52,149 nt of DNA from Thermoplasmata archaeon. Its GTDB lineage: Archaea; Thermoplasmatota; Thermoplasmata; Thermoplasmatales; Thermoplasmataceae. Positions within the stretch are counted from its first letter, which is position 1. Each line of letters begins with the position of its first letter. Under the pieces are notes generated by a model, which did not search any database, was not told the DNA's origin, and worked only from the letters and a program-made list of their open reading frames with translations. This document shows, piece after piece, positions 1-10,180 of this stretch. The position numbers and the translations under genes were made by a program. Location of the stretch: NCBI GenBank assembly GCA_021799185.1, contig JAJZAW010000001.1, positions 1-52,149 on the forward strand, written 5' to 3'.

Positions 1-1853
1 AAATTCAAGGAGCAAGAAAATACAGAGATCTTGGCAGGAATGGTTACCTCAGAATTTCAAGCCATGGAATGATAGCAAGCAACAGAACGGCAGCCCTTGT
101 GGGTCTGAACGGTACAATAGACTGGGCATGCCTTCCAAATTTTGATTCACCTCCTGTTTTCGATTCTATACTGGACAAAAACAAGGGCGGTTATTTTTCA
201 ATCAAGCCCCATGATACAGAGAATCTTGAGGTCATACAGTCATACAAGGAACTCACCAATGTCCTCATCACAGAATTCATCAGGGACGGCAAGATCATTC
301 TGCGGCTGACGGACTTTATTCCAACATCTGATTATTCAACCATAAGCTTTCCGGAAATACACAGGATGGTGGAAACTACTTCTGAGGATGTTGAAGTCGA
401 TATTGCATTCAAGGCGACAATAAATTATGGAAAAAATGCGCCAATCATAGAGCAGAGGAAGAATGGTTTCATATTCCGGTACAGGGGTACCAAGGTGGGT
501 ATCGTAAGCGAGATACCGCTCTCCCGCGATGGTGACAGAGTCATCGGTTCCCAGAAAATACCAAGGCGTACATCAAGGTGGCTCATTGCGCTCTATGGTA
601 TTTCACATCTGGATGTTATCTCTGACTACAAATCCTACCAGAGGCTTGAGGATACCATCGATTACTGGCAGAAATGGAGCAACTCAACCACATACAGGGG
701 GCTGTACAATAACGATGTGAACAGATCTGCCCTCACACTAAAGGGGCTCTTCTTCGAACCGACCGGTCTAATGGTTGCAGCACCCACCACAAGCCTCCCT
801 GAGTGCATAGGCAGTGAGAGGAACTGGGACTATCGCTTTGCGTGGATAAGGGACACAGCCTATGTTATCGAAGCGCTTTCACTGATTGGCTACAAGAGGG
901 AGGCAACCAAGTTTCTCTATGATATGATGGATAAGATAGAGCATGAGGGCAGGATACGCACAATTTACCCCATAAACAGCAGTTCAAGCCTTGAAGAGAT
1001 GGAGCTGGATTATGAGGGCTACATGGGGTCAAGACCAGTCCGTGTTGGCAACAAGGCATCCGATCAGCTCCAGATAGATCAGATGGGCTCCATAGTAAAC
1101 GCAATCTGTGCACTCAGTGATGCTGGTGGCGTCATAAACTCGTATCTATGGAACTTTGTTGGCGAAACACTTGATCATCTCTCAACCTTATGGAAATCAC
1201 CGGATTCAAGTATCTGGGAATTCAGGACCGAGCCAAGGCATTATGTTTATTCCAAGGTCGTTTCCTGGTCTGCGTTCAACAATGCAATAGCCATGGGAAA
1301 AGATCAGGGCTTTTCAGGCCCATACAGGAAGTGGCGGGCCATTGCTGATGAGATAAAGGAGGATATAATTGCCAATGGCTTCAGCGAGGAGCAGAACAGC
1401 TTTGTGCAGTATTATGGAAGCAGTGAAACAGACGCATCTCTGCTCCGGATGCCGCTTCTTGGATTCCTTCCTGCAGATGATCCAAGGATTGTAGGAACTG
1501 TGGAAAAGATTGAGAAGGACCTCAGGGTCACCGATCACCTGTTTCGCAGATATCGGGAGGATGACGGTCTGAAGGGAGAGGATAATGCCTTTCTCCTGCT
1601 TTCATTCTGGTATGTGAACGTCCTGATCCAGATGGACAGGATTGATGAAGCCAAGGTTGTGTTTGAATCCATCCTTGACAGGGGAAACCATCTCGGTCTA
1701 TTTTCGGAGGAAATAGACTTTAAGACCGGTGATCAGCTGGGCAATTTCCCTCAGGCAATTACACACCTGGGTGTTATCAATGTTGCACTGCACCTGAATG
1801 AGGCATTCAAGGCTAGAGCCTCATTTCCAAGAAAGCGCCAGGCAGTAAAATAG
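1..1853 (+). CDS. Glycoside hydrolase family 15 (glucoamylase/glucodextranase-like), probably 5'-partial at the window edge
   Basis: The 594-aa ORF at 69..1853 has a GH15-type N-terminus (NRTAALVGLNGTIDWACLPNFDSPPVF) and a catalytic-domain signature (WDYRFAWIRDTAY). The frame stays open upstream of Met69 to base 3. The upstream residues (..GYLRISSHG) continue the conserved N-terminal block, so the real start is probably outside the window. Confidence 0.85.
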   Translation, partial: IQGARKYRDLGRNGYLRISSHGMIASNRTAALVGLNGTIDWACLPNFDSPPVFDSILDKNKGGYFSIKPHDTENLEVIQSYKELTNVLITEFIRDGKIILRLTDFIPTSDYSTISFPEIHRMVETTSEDVEVDIAFKATINYGKNAPIIEQRKNGFIFRYRGTKVGIVSEIPLSRDGDRVIGSQKIPRRTSRWLIALYGISHLDVISDYKSYQRLEDTIDYWQKWSNSTTYRGLYNNDVNRSALTLKGLFFEPTGLMVAAPTTSLPECIGSERNWDYRFAWIRDTAYVIEALSLIGYKREATKFLYDMMDKIEHEGRIRTIYPINSSSSLEEMELDYEGYMGSRPVRVGNKASDQLQIDQMGSIVNAICALSDAGGVINSYLWNFVGETLDHLSTLWKSPDSSIWEFRTEPRHYVYSKVVSWSAFNNAIAMGKDQGFSGPYRKWRAIADEIKEDIIANGFSEEQNSFVQYYGSSETDASLLRMPLLGFLPADDPRIVGTVEKIEKDLRVTDHLFRRYREDDGLKGEDNAFLLLSFWYVNVLIQMDRIDEAKVVFESILDRGNHLGLFSEEIDFKTGDQLGNFPQAITHLGVINVALHLNEAFKARASFPRKRQAVK

Positions 1854-1898
1854 CCGGTTTCAACTCATTTTCTCATTTTGCAAGAACCCATAATCTGA

Positions 1899-1906
1899 TT
1901 AATATA
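1899..1906 (+). promoter_or_regulatory. TATA-box-like element (TTAATATA) about 25 nt upstream of ATG 1928
   Basis: An AT-rich octamer sits at the spacing expected for an archaeal leaderless transcript starting at the first ORF of the polB cassette. Confidence 0.35.
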
Positions 1907-1927
1907 CCGGCGTATCTAGAGTAAGGC

Positions 1928-2341
1928 ATGCATGCCCCGCTCAGGATATTTTCAACGACATCGTTCCAGGCAGAAAATGTCAGGATTTTCATGAAGGAAT
2001 TCGAATCAGATATGGTGCATCTGCTCATCACAGATGGCATAATGTCTGATTTCAGGCACGAGTTTACCCGTGATGAACTTGGCATAATTATGGTACAGCG
2101 CGTACTGACATCCTTCCAGCTTCAGAAAATCCTCATGGATTCCGATGACAGGCCGCATTACATGGCACTGGCATCAGGCGTTGTTTCGTCATGGCCAGGC
2201 TCAATTGTGGCCAGCATTTACGATATAATCCGGATCATGAGTTACTACCATGGCTGCCCTGTTTACTTGAACATAATCGGCGATCCAGGCATAATGTCAA
2301 GGTACCTGGGCAACAGACCTGTGCACAGGGGGATGATCTGA
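1928..2341 (+). CDS. Hypothetical small protein, first gene of the polB cassette
   Basis: 137-aa ORF. Its stop (TGA 2339-2341) lies 1 nt before the next ATG (2343), and a TATA-like box lies 25 nt upstream. I recognise no family. An internal Met (MKEFESD..) is an alternative start. Confidence 0.5.
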   Translation: MHAPLRIFSTTSFQAENVRIFMKEFESDMVHLLITDGIMSDFRHEFTRDELGIIMVQRVLTSFQLQKILMDSDDRPHYMALASGVVSSWPGSIVASIYDIIRIMSYYHGCPVYLNIIGDPGIMSRYLGNRPVHRGMI

Positions 2342-2342
2342 G

Positions 2343-2573
2343 ATGGGAAGGAGTGTGCCAACAGCGCGTCAGGTGCTTGAGAATCTGGCGGAGGATCTGG
2401 ACAGGATGGCTTCAATAATGCCACAGTCACAGGCTGCAATAATGCATGATATGGTTATGATGGGCCGCAGGCATTCGGCAGAGATATCGTACTCCGGAGT
2501 CGATCCGTATACAGGTTTCCTGATATCCATCATAATTGATCTGTACTCGAGGATCAGGGAGGCTGAACAGTGA
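2343..2573 (+). CDS. Hypothetical small protein, second gene of the polB cassette
   Basis: 76-aa ORF preceded by AGGGGG about 11 nt upstream. Its TGA (2571-2573) is immediately followed by, and is in frame with, the polB ATG at 2574. I recognise no family. Confidence 0.5.
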   Translation: MGRSVPTARQVLENLAEDLDRMASIMPQSQAAIMHDMVMMGRRHSAEISYSGVDPYTGFLISIIIDLYSRIREAEQ

Positions 2574-4586
2574 ATGCACGGAACCATAGTTAATGCCACA
2601 GGTTCTGATACGATAAGGGTCTGGTATCTTGATCATGGCAGGATAAGCTGCCGGAATCACAGAAACAGAAGCTGGATATTCGTGTCAGGTGACATGTATG
2701 ATCTTGCATCTCTTGCCAGGCAGCTTGACGAATCAGACATATACGGATACAGCTTTGACACAATGCGGAATGTGCATGGCAATATTGCCGGCATCCGAAT
2801 ACCCGTATGGCCTTCCGGCATAAGGGACCTGATGGCAATCATAAACAGTATAGGCCTGGAGAGGAAATTCTCAATATACAACGGTGACATTGATCCGGTT
2901 CTGCGCTTCATGGCAGAGCGGAACCTTGGATTCTTCGCGCTGGAAGATCCCCTGGATCCGGATCCGGAGATACCAGTATCCACAATAGTTGGCCGTTCCA
3001 TGCTGGGAATCCCCTATGATATTGAGATAAATGGAATGCATTTTCAAAGGATAGATTCAGATGCCATATACGAGGCACATCGGGCGATAAACCTGGGCAC
3101 AATAATTGTATACAGCAACAGGGATGGATTCTTCAGCAAGATACTCCACATGATTCTCCATCAGGGCTACAGGCTGCCGCACGTAGTTTCATCTGACGGC
3201 TCCACATTTGAATCCTACGGGCAGACGCACTACAGCAATCCCCGTGTTTCCATTGAGGGGAAGATATGTATAGAATCTGATTCATTTGCATATTCTGAGA
3301 CCGGGATTCATGGGCTCATTGAGATATCACGAACATCGGGGCTACCCATTGTTGCAGCATCACGGGTCACCACTGGCACTGCCGTTTCAGCAATGGAGGA
3401 AGCCTATGCTGTAAGGAATGGTGTGCTGATTCCGGTCAGGAAGGATGATCATGAGGAGGCTAAGAGTGCAGAAGCACTTCTGAATACTGACAGCGGCGGT
3501 TTGGTTCTGCAGCCCGATCCAGGGATTTACACCGATGTCCATGAGATCGATTTTTCATCCATGTATCCTAGCATAATGGTCAGGTACAACATGTCGCCGG
3601 AAACCATCCAGAAGGGTGGTGGCATAAAAATTCATGGCACTCCGTATTCCATTTCAGGAACAGAGCGTGGCTTTCTTGCATCCGCACTGGATGGCCTTCT
3701 TAAAAGGCGGCTATTCTACAAATCTGTAAAGGCAAAATCAGGGCTGTACAGCATGAGGGATGCAGCCCTCAAATGGATGCTTCTGACATCGTTCGGGTAC
3801 ACAGGATACAAGAACGCCAAGTTCGGGAAAATAGAGATACATGAATCGATAACAGCCATGGGAAGATGGGCGCTGGCAATGGCCATGAACATATCGCGGG
3901 TTAACGGCTTCACTCTAATACACGGCATAGTGGATTCACTCTGGATAACCGGCTCAGGGGACGTGAGAAATGTGCTTTCCCAGATTCAGGACAGGACCGG
4001 CATAGGCATGGTTGAGGACGGCCACTACAGATGGATCGTATTCATGCCGGCAAATTCTGGCCTTGGGGCGCTGAACAGGTACATTGGCCTTCGCATGGAT
4101 GGTACAGTCAAGGTTCGTGGCTTGTATGTAAGAAGGCGTGATGCACCACCGGTATGCACAAAATTCCAGTTGGAGGCCATAGAGATTCTGAGGAAATGCA
4201 TGACACCGGATGATATCTGGGCAAAACGTAAGGAGATCAGGGACTTGGAAAGCAGTTATATGCGTTCCCTCAGGCACCGTCCTGTTGAAGACTTCAGGAT
4301 ACCACTGCATGTAACAAGAAATCCTGAGGAATACGCTGTCCACAATATACAGGGGATGGCAATCAGGGAAGCCATGGACAGGGGATACCGGATAATGCCC
4401 GGGAGCCGGGTCGGGGTTGTTGTAGTGGATCACAATCATGGCATTGTTGATCTGGACGGCACACATGACAGGATCGACCTGAAGTTTTATGAAAGGCAGG
4501 TATCAATGGCATTCAGGCAGATTGATTTTATCGTGGATTCATGCTCACCGCACAGGAAGGCAGACCTCTTCAGTTTCTCCTTATGA
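2574..4586 (+). CDS. polB: Family B DNA polymerase, divergent (PolB2-like, with degenerate exonuclease motifs and motif C)
   Basis: The 670-aa product has motif A (IDFSSMYPSIM) and motif B (KWMLLTSFGYTGYKNAKFG). Motif C reads HGIVDS rather than YxDTDS. The palm/thumb region aligns by eye to archaeal PolB (VRGLYVRRRDAPP). Exo I is YDIEI, and Exo II/III are not recognisable. GGGAGG lies 12 nt upstream of the ATG. Confidence 0.85.
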   Translation: MHGTIVNATGSDTIRVWYLDHGRISCRNHRNRSWIFVSGDMYDLASLARQLDESDIYGYSFDTMRNVHGNIAGIRIPVWPSGIRDLMAIINSIGLERKFSIYNGDIDPVLRFMAERNLGFFALEDPLDPDPEIPVSTIVGRSMLGIPYDIEINGMHFQRIDSDAIYEAHRAINLGTIIVYSNRDGFFSKILHMILHQGYRLPHVVSSDGSTFESYGQTHYSNPRVSIEGKICIESDSFAYSETGIHGLIEISRTSGLPIVAASRVTTGTAVSAMEEAYAVRNGVLIPVRKDDHEEAKSAEALLNTDSGGLVLQPDPGIYTDVHEIDFSSMYPSIMVRYNMSPETIQKGGGIKIHGTPYSISGTERGFLASALDGLLKRRLFYKSVKAKSGLYSMRDAALKWMLLTSFGYTGYKNAKFGKIEIHESITAMGRWALAMAMNISRVNGFTLIHGIVDSLWITGSGDVRNVLSQIQDRTGIGMVEDGHYRWIVFMPANSGLGALNRYIGLRMDGTVKVRGLYVRRRDAPPVCTKFQLEAIEILRKCMTPDDIWAKRKEIRDLESSYMRSLRHRPVEDFRIPLHVTRNPEEYAVHNIQGMAIREAMDRGYRIMPGSRVGVVVVDHNHGIVDLDGTHDRIDLKFYERQVSMAFRQIDFIVDSCSPHRKADLFSFSL

Positions 4587-5682
4587 GCGCTTCCACTTTC
4601 TCCTCAAGGACAGAAACAGGAATATCATTTATTCCTATAAGCTTGGCAACTCCCTGCCTGTCACCGCGCCCAACCACTCTCCCCTCTACAATGCCCAGAT
4701 TCTCAAGCCTCTTCACGGATCTGTAAACTGCCGTGTTTTCCCTGAGGCTCACACCAAACTGTTCCGAGACGATCCTGACATCCTCCAGAACGCATGACAT
4801 GGAGGTGCTCGGCTCATCCCTGAGGCAGTGGCAGATCGACAGCAGGACAGCTAAATCCAGCGGGTCCAGTTCGCTTAGCTTGCTTTCAGTCACATATGGG
4901 TTGATCATGGATTGAGCAGCCCTGACATCCTCTATGGAAACAGATGTGCCATCACGATATTCACAGATGTATATTGATTTCTGGAGAAGTTCTATGGCAA
5001 CTCTTGCACTTCCGAATGGCCCTGCAACATGGCCTATGTGCCCGAGCATTTCGCCATTTATGGACCCGGGCACCATTGCTATTCTTGCCCTCTCCTCAAT
5101 GATCCTCACCAGCTCATCCTCTGAGTACCTGTTGAAAAGTATGCTTGAAAAGACGCCAAGGGATTTCCTGTCCCTCTCGGTCATGTAAATTGATGGGTCC
5201 TCCATTGATACAAGAACGGTTGATACCGGAGTGGAATAGATCTCTCCTGCCCTGAGGAGATTGTAAAGCCCGTCCCTTTCAAACTTTATGAGGTTTGTGG
5301 CCTCATCAATAACAAGAACGATCTTTCGTCCCTTCTTCTGGGAAACCATGTTGAATCCCCTGAAAATGTCCGAGTATGACATGTTCCTGGAGCCCACAAG
5401 CTTGCCCATGTTATACAGGGCATCAATGAGGAGCATCTTCAGGCTGGAAAAAGACAGGGCATTTTCATAAATAATTATGAACCCCTTCTCCTCCCTGGCA
5501 AGATACTTCATGGTGGAAGTCTTTCCTGTACCGGAATCGCCGAAAGCCACAAGATTGCTGCTTATGCCTGATCTGAGGGGTTCAAGCATGGTCTTTCTTA
5601 TGGTCTCTATCTGAACATCCCTGAACCTGAGTTTCTGGGGCACATATGAAAAATCAAGAGCATCAGGATTTCTGACTATCAA
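4570..5682 (-). CDS. cdc6: Orc1/Cdc6 family AAA+ protein (divergent paralog)
   Basis: The 370-aa product has Walker A (GDSGTGKTS), Walker B (VLVIDEA) and a C-terminal winged-helix-like region (VYRSVKRLENLGIVEGR). It starts at a TTG. Its 3' end overlaps the polB 3' end by 17 nt. Confidence 0.9.
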   Translation of the reverse strand: MIVRNPDALDFSYVPQKLRFRDVQIETIRKTMLEPLRSGISSNLVAFGDSGTGKTSTMKYLAREEKGFIIIYENALSFSSLKMLLIDALYNMGKLVGSRNMSYSDIFRGFNMVSQKKGRKIVLVIDEATNLIKFERDGLYNLLRAGEIYSTPVSTVLVSMEDPSIYMTERDRKSLGVFSSILFNRYSEDELVRIIEERARIAMVPGSINGEMLGHIGHVAGPFGSARVAIELLQKSIYICEYRDGTSVSIEDVRAAQSMINPYVTESKLSELDPLDLAVLLSICHCLRDEPSTSMSCVLEDVRIVSEQFGVSLRENTAVYRSVKRLENLGIVEGRVVGRGDRQGVAKLIGINDIPVSVLEEKVEALIRRN

Positions 5683-5703
5683 CAGAATGTATATTGAATC
5701 GGG

Positions 5704-5713
5704 TTAAAATAAG
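5704..5713 (-). promoter_or_regulatory. TATA-like box (minus-strand TTATTTTAAC) about 26 nt upstream of the orc1/cdc6 TTG start
   Basis: An AT-rich element in the 41-nt gap between the radical-SAM stop and the orc1 start. The spacing fits a leaderless transcript. Confidence 0.35.
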
Positions 5714-5723
5714 TTTAGAGGGA

Positions 5724-7403
5724 TCAGGCTCCGCTCATGGCAGCAAGTGAGTGGAACTCGTCCTTCTGGTCCAGCCCCCATTTCTTGACCTTCTCGATAT
5801 CAACGCCCTTCTTCCTGGCAATTGATTCAACGTACTTCATCATCAGGAGACCTCCTCCTGATATGAGAGAGCCGGTTCCGAGCCTTGCGATTATGTTTCC
5901 ATGGGCATCTCTGAAGCCATCCCTTGATGCCATCTTTGCCAGGTGCCTGTAGGATGCGTAGTACACAGCAAGCTTATCAGCGTCAAGAACATCAGTGTTG
6001 AGTTCCCTGGATTTTATTCTGCCTAGTGGTACGTTTACCAGCGGGGTCACTGTGAATTCAAACGGTCTTCCCAGGGCATATGAATTGCTGAGCCGGTTTA
6101 CCATTGCAATGGTATCCCACATGTCTTCAACGGTCTCGCCTTCCTGCCCAACCTGTATTGTGAAAGCAGGCCTCCAGTAGTTCCTGGTCTCAACAAACAC
6201 GCCCTGCCATACAATTTCCTGCCAGCTTCCATCAGGCCCAATCTTCAGCGGAAGAGTCTTATTTGGCATGTGCCTTCTTGCAAGTTCATCGCTGCCTGTT
6301 TCAACGCCTGTCTGGATTCCAACCCAGTTCCTTGGCCCTGTTTTCAATATCTTGGAAAGCTTCTCCATCATTTCCGGGTAGCCTGCAGGTATGGATATCC
6401 TTCCATGCGTCGGGTTGGATGTTTTTATGCCAGGAACGCCTATGGCAGCGGAAAAGAGCTCGGAAAGCGCTTCCTCATTGGGTGCGAACATGTTTCCGTG
6501 TTTGTAGCCGAAGATCTCATCGGAGTGAAGCCATGCGTTGTCAATACCGCCCCTCTGGTTCACCTTTATCTCGTTGACAATCCTCTCCACGGAATTGTAC
6601 CTGAGGGGGCGCAGTGTAACCTCGCAGAAGTCACAGCCGACACCGCAACCCCTCATGACCTCAACCATTCCCTTCATTGAGGGGTTTACTATCTCTGGAA
6701 TATCATCGAGCCTGGGATAAGCAGATTTTGTCAAACCTCTGGCAAGGAACAGATCATCATTCTTAACAACCTTCTTGAAGCCATCATCGTATGTCATATA
6801 GCCCCTGTGGAAGAGTGTGCTGTCTATGCTGTCCTCAGCAATCTGCTCAAAGAGGGTTTCAGCGATATCATCGATCTCTCCCTGGACAATATAATCAAAG
6901 TTGTATTTCCCTATCTCATCTCTCAGTATTGTGAATTCCCAGACTCCGGGCCCACCCACAATAAGCTTCGCTTTCTTGCCCGCCCTTGCGGCATTTATCC
7001 TGGCTATGAGAGAATCCCACTCCTTGCGGACCCAGGCCATCATTTCGCCGCCAAAAAGCGCATAATATGACATTGTTGTTGGGCCTATCCCAAGGGGATC
7101 CATTGTGGAGACCCCTATGACCTTTGTATCATCAGTTATGAATCTGTCAAGATAATCTTCATGAGCCACAGCAACATCTTTTTTCGGGAACTTCCGAAGG
7201 AGGGCAGCTTCAACCTTTCTAAGTGCATATGGTGCAAAAACGGCCTCGCCGTTTGGGTGGGCCGGCGGGGCTGGCCCCTTGAGAAACCTGTATACGGGCC
7301 CCGGAATTGCCTGCCCAGGAGCACACGGCAGAAAATCCAGCAGGGGAAAATTCCTGTATTCGTAACTCAACGTGGAATCTGATACCAGAACAAATTTGGT
7401 CAT
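5724..7403 (-). CDS. B12-binding-domain radical SAM protein
   Basis: The 559-aa product has the CxxxCxxC cluster motif (RGCGVGCDFCEV) preceded by an N-terminal Rossmann-like (B12-binding-type) region. Confidence 0.85.
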   Translation of the reverse strand: MTKFVLVSDSTLSYEYRNFPLLDFLPCAPGQAIPGPVYRFLKGPAPPAHPNGEAVFAPYALRKVEAALLRKFPKKDVAVAHEDYLDRFITDDTKVIGVSTMDPLGIGPTTMSYYALFGGEMMAWVRKEWDSLIARINAARAGKKAKLIVGGPGVWEFTILRDEIGKYNFDYIVQGEIDDIAETLFEQIAEDSIDSTLFHRGYMTYDDGFKKVVKNDDLFLARGLTKSAYPRLDDIPEIVNPSMKGMVEVMRGCGVGCDFCEVTLRPLRYNSVERIVNEIKVNQRGGIDNAWLHSDEIFGYKHGNMFAPNEEALSELFSAAIGVPGIKTSNPTHGRISIPAGYPEMMEKLSKILKTGPRNWVGIQTGVETGSDELARRHMPNKTLPLKIGPDGSWQEIVWQGVFVETRNYWRPAFTIQVGQEGETVEDMWDTIAMVNRLSNSYALGRPFEFTVTPLVNVPLGRIKSRELNTDVLDADKLAVYYASYRHLAKMASRDGFRDAHGNIIARLGTGSLISGGGLLMMKYVESIARKKGVDIEKVKKWGLDQKDEFHSLAAMSGA

Positions 7404-7745
7404 TTTCTGTTACTCCTTATTGGAGAGCTAAATGTACTTTATTGATAAATATTTTGCCAAAATATTCAGGAAAATTTTACGGATTTCCAAGAAAAAAATA
7501 CTTTTTCCAGTAAATGAATATGGCAAGAAAGTATAAATATAGCTGGCATGTCTGACAAAATGGAGACTGCAAAATCGGTGTTTTCTTCATAAAGTTTGAA
7601 GTTTATAAATTTCTGAATAGCAATACCACATATTTTTCAAGACATTATGGCTAAGACCACAGATCATGCGGAATTAGCCCCATGATACATATGCATGCTT
7701 TCAGCCAGTCAGATAATGTAACGAAAAAGTAAGGATACATGAAAA

Positions 7746-7756
7746 TTGTCCGACAA
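7746..7756. promoter_or_regulatory. Palindrome TTGTC-C-GACAA abutting the TATA box of the sugar-porter gene (candidate operator)
   Basis: A perfect 5+1+5 inverted repeat lies directly upstream of AAATTTATAG (7757-7766), which is about 26 nt from ATG 7788. A near-identical copy, TGTCTGACAA, is at 7549-7558. Confidence 0.3.
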
Positions 7757-7787
7757 AAATTTATAGCCGATCCCGGGCTTTTGGACA

Positions 7788-9221
7788 ATGGAAATCGCAG
7801 GCACCGGAACAGGAGAAAGGATACTGGAAAGACTCGATAACGGGAAGACATCCAGATTTTTCTGGCTTCTCACCATCCTGTCAACAATTGGAGGATTTCT
7901 GTTTGGCTATGACACGTCCAATATAGGCATCGTTGAAGGTTTTCTCCCTTCAGGCTATGTTACGGTGAATCCATTCATTAAGGGATATCTGTTTTCCGGG
8001 GTCTCTCTGGGAGCCGCTGTGGGCGCACTCATTGCAGCGGGGCTTATTGACAGATACGGCAGAAAGTATATGCTCATATTCGATGCTTTCCTCTATAGCC
8101 TGGGGGCAATACTGTCAGCTGTTACCGTGGACCTCTTCATGCTCCTGGTCTCCAGGACACTCATAGGAATAGCCGTTGGCGCTGATTCTGCCATTGCAAC
8201 TGCATACATTGCAGAATGGGCCCCAAAGAAGAGGAGGGGCAGTTTCAGCATATTGCAGCAATGGATGATAACCGTAGGGATACTGGGTGCATATCTCATT
8301 GGACTTGCAGTCCTTTACGGTCTCCCATCACAGGCCTTCAACCTCGACTGGCGTATCATGCTTGGTGTTGCAGCAGTGCCGTCAATTATAGGCCTAGGCT
8401 TCAGGTTCATAATGCCGGAATCACCCAGATGGCTGGTTCTTAAGGGCAAATACGATAAGGCAGTTCAGTCTCTGAAGAGGCTCGGCGTAGATACCAATGA
8501 GGAGGAACTGAAGAGGGAATACCCCATCTCATCGGCCGTTAGGAAGAGAATGACGCCAGGCGTCAAACGTGCATTCATCATAGTAGGTCTGTTCATGATG
8601 TTCCAGCAGATCACAGGGATAAACATACCGTTCTACTACGGGCCGCTCATAATAAGCAGTCTTCACCTTGTTGGTTCTGCTGGCAGCAGCAGTGTGATTA
8701 GTGAGGAATTTGCAGTGGAGGCAGCATCAATATTTGCCGTGATAAACGTTGCTGCCACATACATAGGTTTCAAGCTCATTGACAGGGCAGGCCGAAGGAC
8801 ATTAGCCATTACCGGATACACGGGAATGGCGGTCTTTGGCTTTCTCGGTGCAGCCCTGAAGTATGCGAACATTGACATTGGAATGCTTGTTGCCATGTCC
8901 CTGTTCATAGTATTCTTTGCCTTTGGCGTTGGAGGAACCGGATGGATAATACAGGGCGAGTATTTCCCCACGGAATACCGTGGCACCATGGCATCGCTGA
9001 TTGCATTCATAGACTGGATCGCTAACTTTGCCATCGTAGAGATATTTCCATTCATGGACAGCACAATACACATTGCAGGTTCACTCGTCGTCTTTGGCGT
9101 GCTCTCGGTGGCTGCAGCTGCCACATTCTATGTGATAATGCCCGTCACCAAGGGAAAGTCAGTGGAGGAGATAACAGAGATGTTCGATCAGATGGCATCC
9201 CAGGGCAGCATCAAGACATGA
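7788..9221 (+). CDS. MFS sugar porter family transporter
   Basis: The 477-aa, roughly 12-TM product has sugar-porter signatures: DRYGRKYML, PESPRWLV, and the C-terminal PVTKGKSVEEI. Confidence 0.9.
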   Translation: MEIAGTGTGERILERLDNGKTSRFFWLLTILSTIGGFLFGYDTSNIGIVEGFLPSGYVTVNPFIKGYLFSGVSLGAAVGALIAAGLIDRYGRKYMLIFDAFLYSLGAILSAVTVDLFMLLVSRTLIGIAVGADSAIATAYIAEWAPKKRRGSFSILQQWMITVGILGAYLIGLAVLYGLPSQAFNLDWRIMLGVAAVPSIIGLGFRFIMPESPRWLVLKGKYDKAVQSLKRLGVDTNEEELKREYPISSAVRKRMTPGVKRAFIIVGLFMMFQQITGINIPFYYGPLIISSLHLVGSAGSSSVISEEFAVEAASIFAVINVAATYIGFKLIDRAGRRTLAITGYTGMAVFGFLGAALKYANIDIGMLVAMSLFIVFFAFGVGGTGWIIQGEYFPTEYRGTMASLIAFIDWIANFAIVEIFPFMDSTIHIAGSLVVFGVLSVAAAATFYVIMPVTKGKSVEEITEMFDQMASQGSIKT

Positions 9222-9286
9222 CCCAGAAAGTTATATGCCGCCAGTTCAAGGCATATCATTTATATTTCCCATATCCTTCAAGTTGA

Positions 9287-10180
<894 letters not shown>

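Noticed and set aside
1928-4586. The idea that polB belongs to a casposon or an integrated virus or plasmid.
   Set aside because: There is no Cas1, no terminal inverted repeats that I could see, no integrase, and no compositional shift. The flanking genes are ordinary chromosomal genes.
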